NCBI GenBank assembly: GCA_963832165.1
Contig: CAWHTE010000008.1
Coordinates: forward strand, 32,001 to 96,000
From: an uncultured delta proteobacterium
GTDB taxonomy: Bacteria; Myxococcota_A; UBA9160; SMWR01
Direction: 5' to 3'
DNA length: 64,000 bases
The notes under the pieces are model-generated. The model was not told the origin of the DNA and ran no database searches. It saw nothing but the letters and a program-made list of their open reading frames with translations. Position numbers and translations under genes: made by a program. Positions 62,026 to 64,000 of this stretch are shown piece by piece. Within the stretch, counting starts at the first letter, position 1. Each line of letters opens with the position of its first letter.

Positions 62026-63166
62026 TCGCGCTCCGCGCAGATCCGAGGATCTCGTCGTCGTGCTCGTGCAGGCGCGGCGGTGCGCAGTAATCGGCGCGTG
62101 CGCCATCGAATCGCATCGGGCTGCCCATCACGTGCAGCGGCCCCTCCTCGGTCTCGATCGACGCGATCATGCCGCGCGAACGAACGAGCTCGCCGTCGAG
62201 CGCCTCCCCGAGCTCGCGCACGGCGCCGGCCGGGACGCCGAGCGGACGCAGGAGCTTCTCCCAATCCGCCGCCGAGGCCTCTTCGAGGCGCGCCGCAAGT
62301 GCGTCGAGCAGCTCCGCGCGGTGCTCGAAACGCGCGTGCATCGTGGCGAAGCGCGGGTCGTCGGCCCACTCGCGCCGATCGATCGCCGCACACAGACGCC
62401 GCCAGACTTCGTCGTGCGTGACGAACAGCGCGAGGTATCCCGATGCCGTCGCGAACAGCTGCGCGGGCACGTAGAAGATGTGCGCGCCGAGCGGCTGGCG
62501 CGTCGGCGCACCGCCGCCGTTCAGGTAGGCGGCCGCCTTGTAGTTGAGCTGCGCGAGCATCGAATCGAAGAGCGACACGTCGACCTGACCCCCCTTGCCC
62601 TCGAGCACCTTCGCGACGAGCCCGAGCGCCGCCATGATTCCCGCCGAGTTGTCGATCGCGGAGTAGCCCGCCAGCGTGGGAGGTCCGTCGGGCTCGCCCG
62701 TCAGCGCGGCCACGCCCGTGATCGCCTGGATCACGTAGTCGAACGCGGGCCACTCCGCGGCCGGGCCATCGAGCCCGTAGCCGGTCAGCGCCACGCATAC
62801 GATCTTCGGGTTGAAGCGGCGCAGCGACTCGTATTCGAGCCCGAGCTTCCGGATCGTCGACGGCCGCAGGTTCACGAGCAGCGCATGCGCGGTCTTCGCG
62901 AGCGCACCGAGCTCGGCCTGACCCTGCGTCGTTGCGAGATCGATGTGCACGCTGCGCTTGTTGCGGTTGATGCTCGCGAAATAGACGTTGTGCCCACCGA
63001 CGTACTGCGACCCGACCTTGCGTGACAGATCGCCTTCGATCGGCTCGATCTTGATCACGTCGGCGCCGAGGTCCGCCAGCAGCATTCCGCCGAACGGGCC
63101 CGCGAGGATGTGGCCGACCTCGAGCACGCGGATGCCCGCGAGCGGTCCCGAGCGAGTCGCGGTCAC
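62009..63166 (-). CDS. Family III CoA-transferase (CaiB/BaiF)
   Basis: PLAGIRVLE, LADLGADVIKIE, NRNKRSV, FDYVIQA. Confidence 0.92.
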   Translation of the reverse strand: MTATRSGPLAGIRVLEVGHILAGPFGGMLLADLGADVIKIEPIEGDLSRKVGSQYVGGHNVYFASINRNKRSVHIDLATTQGQAELGALAKTAHALLVNLRPSTIRKLGLEYESLRRFNPKIVCVALTGYGLDGPAAEWPAFDYVIQAITGVAALTGEPDGPPTLAGYSAIDNSAGIMAALGLVAKVLEGKGGQVDVSLFDSMLAQLNYKAAAYLNGGGAPTRQPLGAHIFYVPAQLFATASGYLALFVTHDEVWRRLCAAIDRREWADDPRFATMHARFEHRAELLDALAARLEEASAADWEKLLRPLGVPAGAVRELGEALDGELVRSRGMIASIETEEGPLHVMGSPMRFDGARADYCAPPRLHEHDDEILGSARSAITGRS

Positions 63167-63609
63167 GACGGCGCATCCGTTCGGCGCCCGGCGTCGAGCA
63201 GCTCGACGAGCACCCCGTCCGGGTCGCGCACCGTCGCCGCCGCGGTTCCATTCGAGAGGGACGTGCGGCGAACGTCGGTGGCGCCCAGCTCGAGCAGAGC
63301 CGGCAGCACGACCTCGAGATCCACGGCGAAGGCGAGCAGCACGCTCCCGGTCGCGGGCGGGCCCGGCGGCGGGCCGTCCGGAACCGGCTCCGCGAACGTG
63401 ATCAGCTCTAACGCTCCAGCGTGCGGGCGCTTCGGATCGCCGAGGATCACGGCTCGCAGCCGCTTGGACGGAGCCGCGACTCCGAGCAGTGTCGGCCAAT
63501 CCCCGTCGAACTCGCGGTCGACCAGCACCTCGAAGCCCAGACCATCGCGGTAGAAGCGCGTGCTGCGCTCCGCATCGCGGACGAAAAGCGTGACGTGATG
63601 CAGTTGCAC
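63163..63609 (-). CDS. VOC/glyoxalase-family protein
   Basis: LHHVTLFVRD.ERS..FY..GLGF, LELI, VRDPDGVLVEL. Confidence 0.9.
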   Translation of the reverse strand: MQLHHVTLFVRDAERSTRFYRDGLGFEVLVDREFDGDWPTLLGVAAPSKRLRAVILGDPKRPHAGALELITFAEPVPDGPPPGPPATGSVLLAFAVDLEVVLPALLELGATDVRRTSLSNGTAAATVRDPDGVLVELLDAGRRTDAPS

Positions 63610-63629
63610 GGTCGCCCTCCGCTAGGCGC

Positions 63630-64000
63630 TCAGATCTCCGGACACAGTGAGGCGAGGAACGCCTCGGTGCGGCGGCGCGACTCGATCCGCCCGGCGCGGT
63701 CGCGCCCGAGCGGGAGGATCCGGACCGAAAGATCGGTGACACCCACGTCGCGGAACGAGCGCAGTCGCTCGACGATCGCCGACTCGTCGCCCGCCGCGAG
63801 GATGTCGCCTACGTCGGTGGCGTCTCCTTGTTCGAGCAGACGCTGATAGTTCGGCGAGAACTCGGCGTGCCCGAGCAGCTGATTCGCCCAGGCACGCGCA
63901 TCGTCCACCTCGTCCTTGGAGCACAGGCAGACGGGCACTCCCGCGACGATGCGCGGGGCGGGCCTTCCCGCCCCGTCTGCGGCCTTCGCGATGCGCGGAA
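63630..64000 (-). CDS. Luciferase-like (LLM), probably F420-dependent, oxidoreductase; C-terminal part
   Basis: PRIVAGVPVCLC..SPNYQRLL..AAGDE..L.SFRDVGVTDL resembles actinobacterial LLM C-termini; partial. Confidence 0.7.
   Translation of the reverse strand, partial: PRIAKAADGAGRPAPRIVAGVPVCLCSKDEVDDARAWANQLLGHAEFSPNYQRLLEQGDATDVGDILAAGDESAIVERLRSFRDVGVTDLSVRILPLGRDRAGRIESRRRTEAFLASLCPEI

Overview
High-GC bacterial DNA with no rRNA, tRNA, CRISPR array or transposase visible. Gene content and order suggest a Myxococcota/deltaproteobacterial-type genome (inference). There are three blocks. (1) 1-21 kb: the 5' part of dnaK lies divergent from a complete type II secretion cluster gspC-D-E-F-G-H-I-J-K-L-M-N, which runs directly into ArsR-methyltransferase, HAD hydrolase, tldD, tldE, MBL-hydrolase and HEAT-repeat genes. 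(2) 21-40 kb: housekeeping and stress genes (doxX, CoA-transferase, rubrerythrin/Fe-S oxidoreductase/DUF3501, amt, arfB, PPTase, mlaEFD, maf-yggS-proC-divIVA, fmdB-like, folD-gcvT-gcvH, a MerR-TPR protein and an FG-GAP lipoprotein). (3) 40-64 kb: a dense actinobacterial-style catabolic island for lipid, steroid-like or aromatic substrates (paired and fused acyl-CoA dehydrogenases, CoA ligase, CoA-transferases, two P450s, SDRs, ALDH, an amine-dehydrogenase-like enzyme, MeaB, a ferredoxin reductase and an F420-type LLM enzyme). The best candidates for something new are a tandem GAGAAT-N3-ATTCTC operator pair spaced 21-22 bp in four promoter regions of the island, a secretin with a C-terminal SPOR-like domain, a DUF3501 protein fused to a degenerate HIT domain, a modular REP-like repeat, and a MerR-TPR protein with a clamp-binding-like motif. 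About a dozen scattered indels look like long-read consensus errors rather than true pseudogenes. All calls come from reading motifs by eye; no database search was run.
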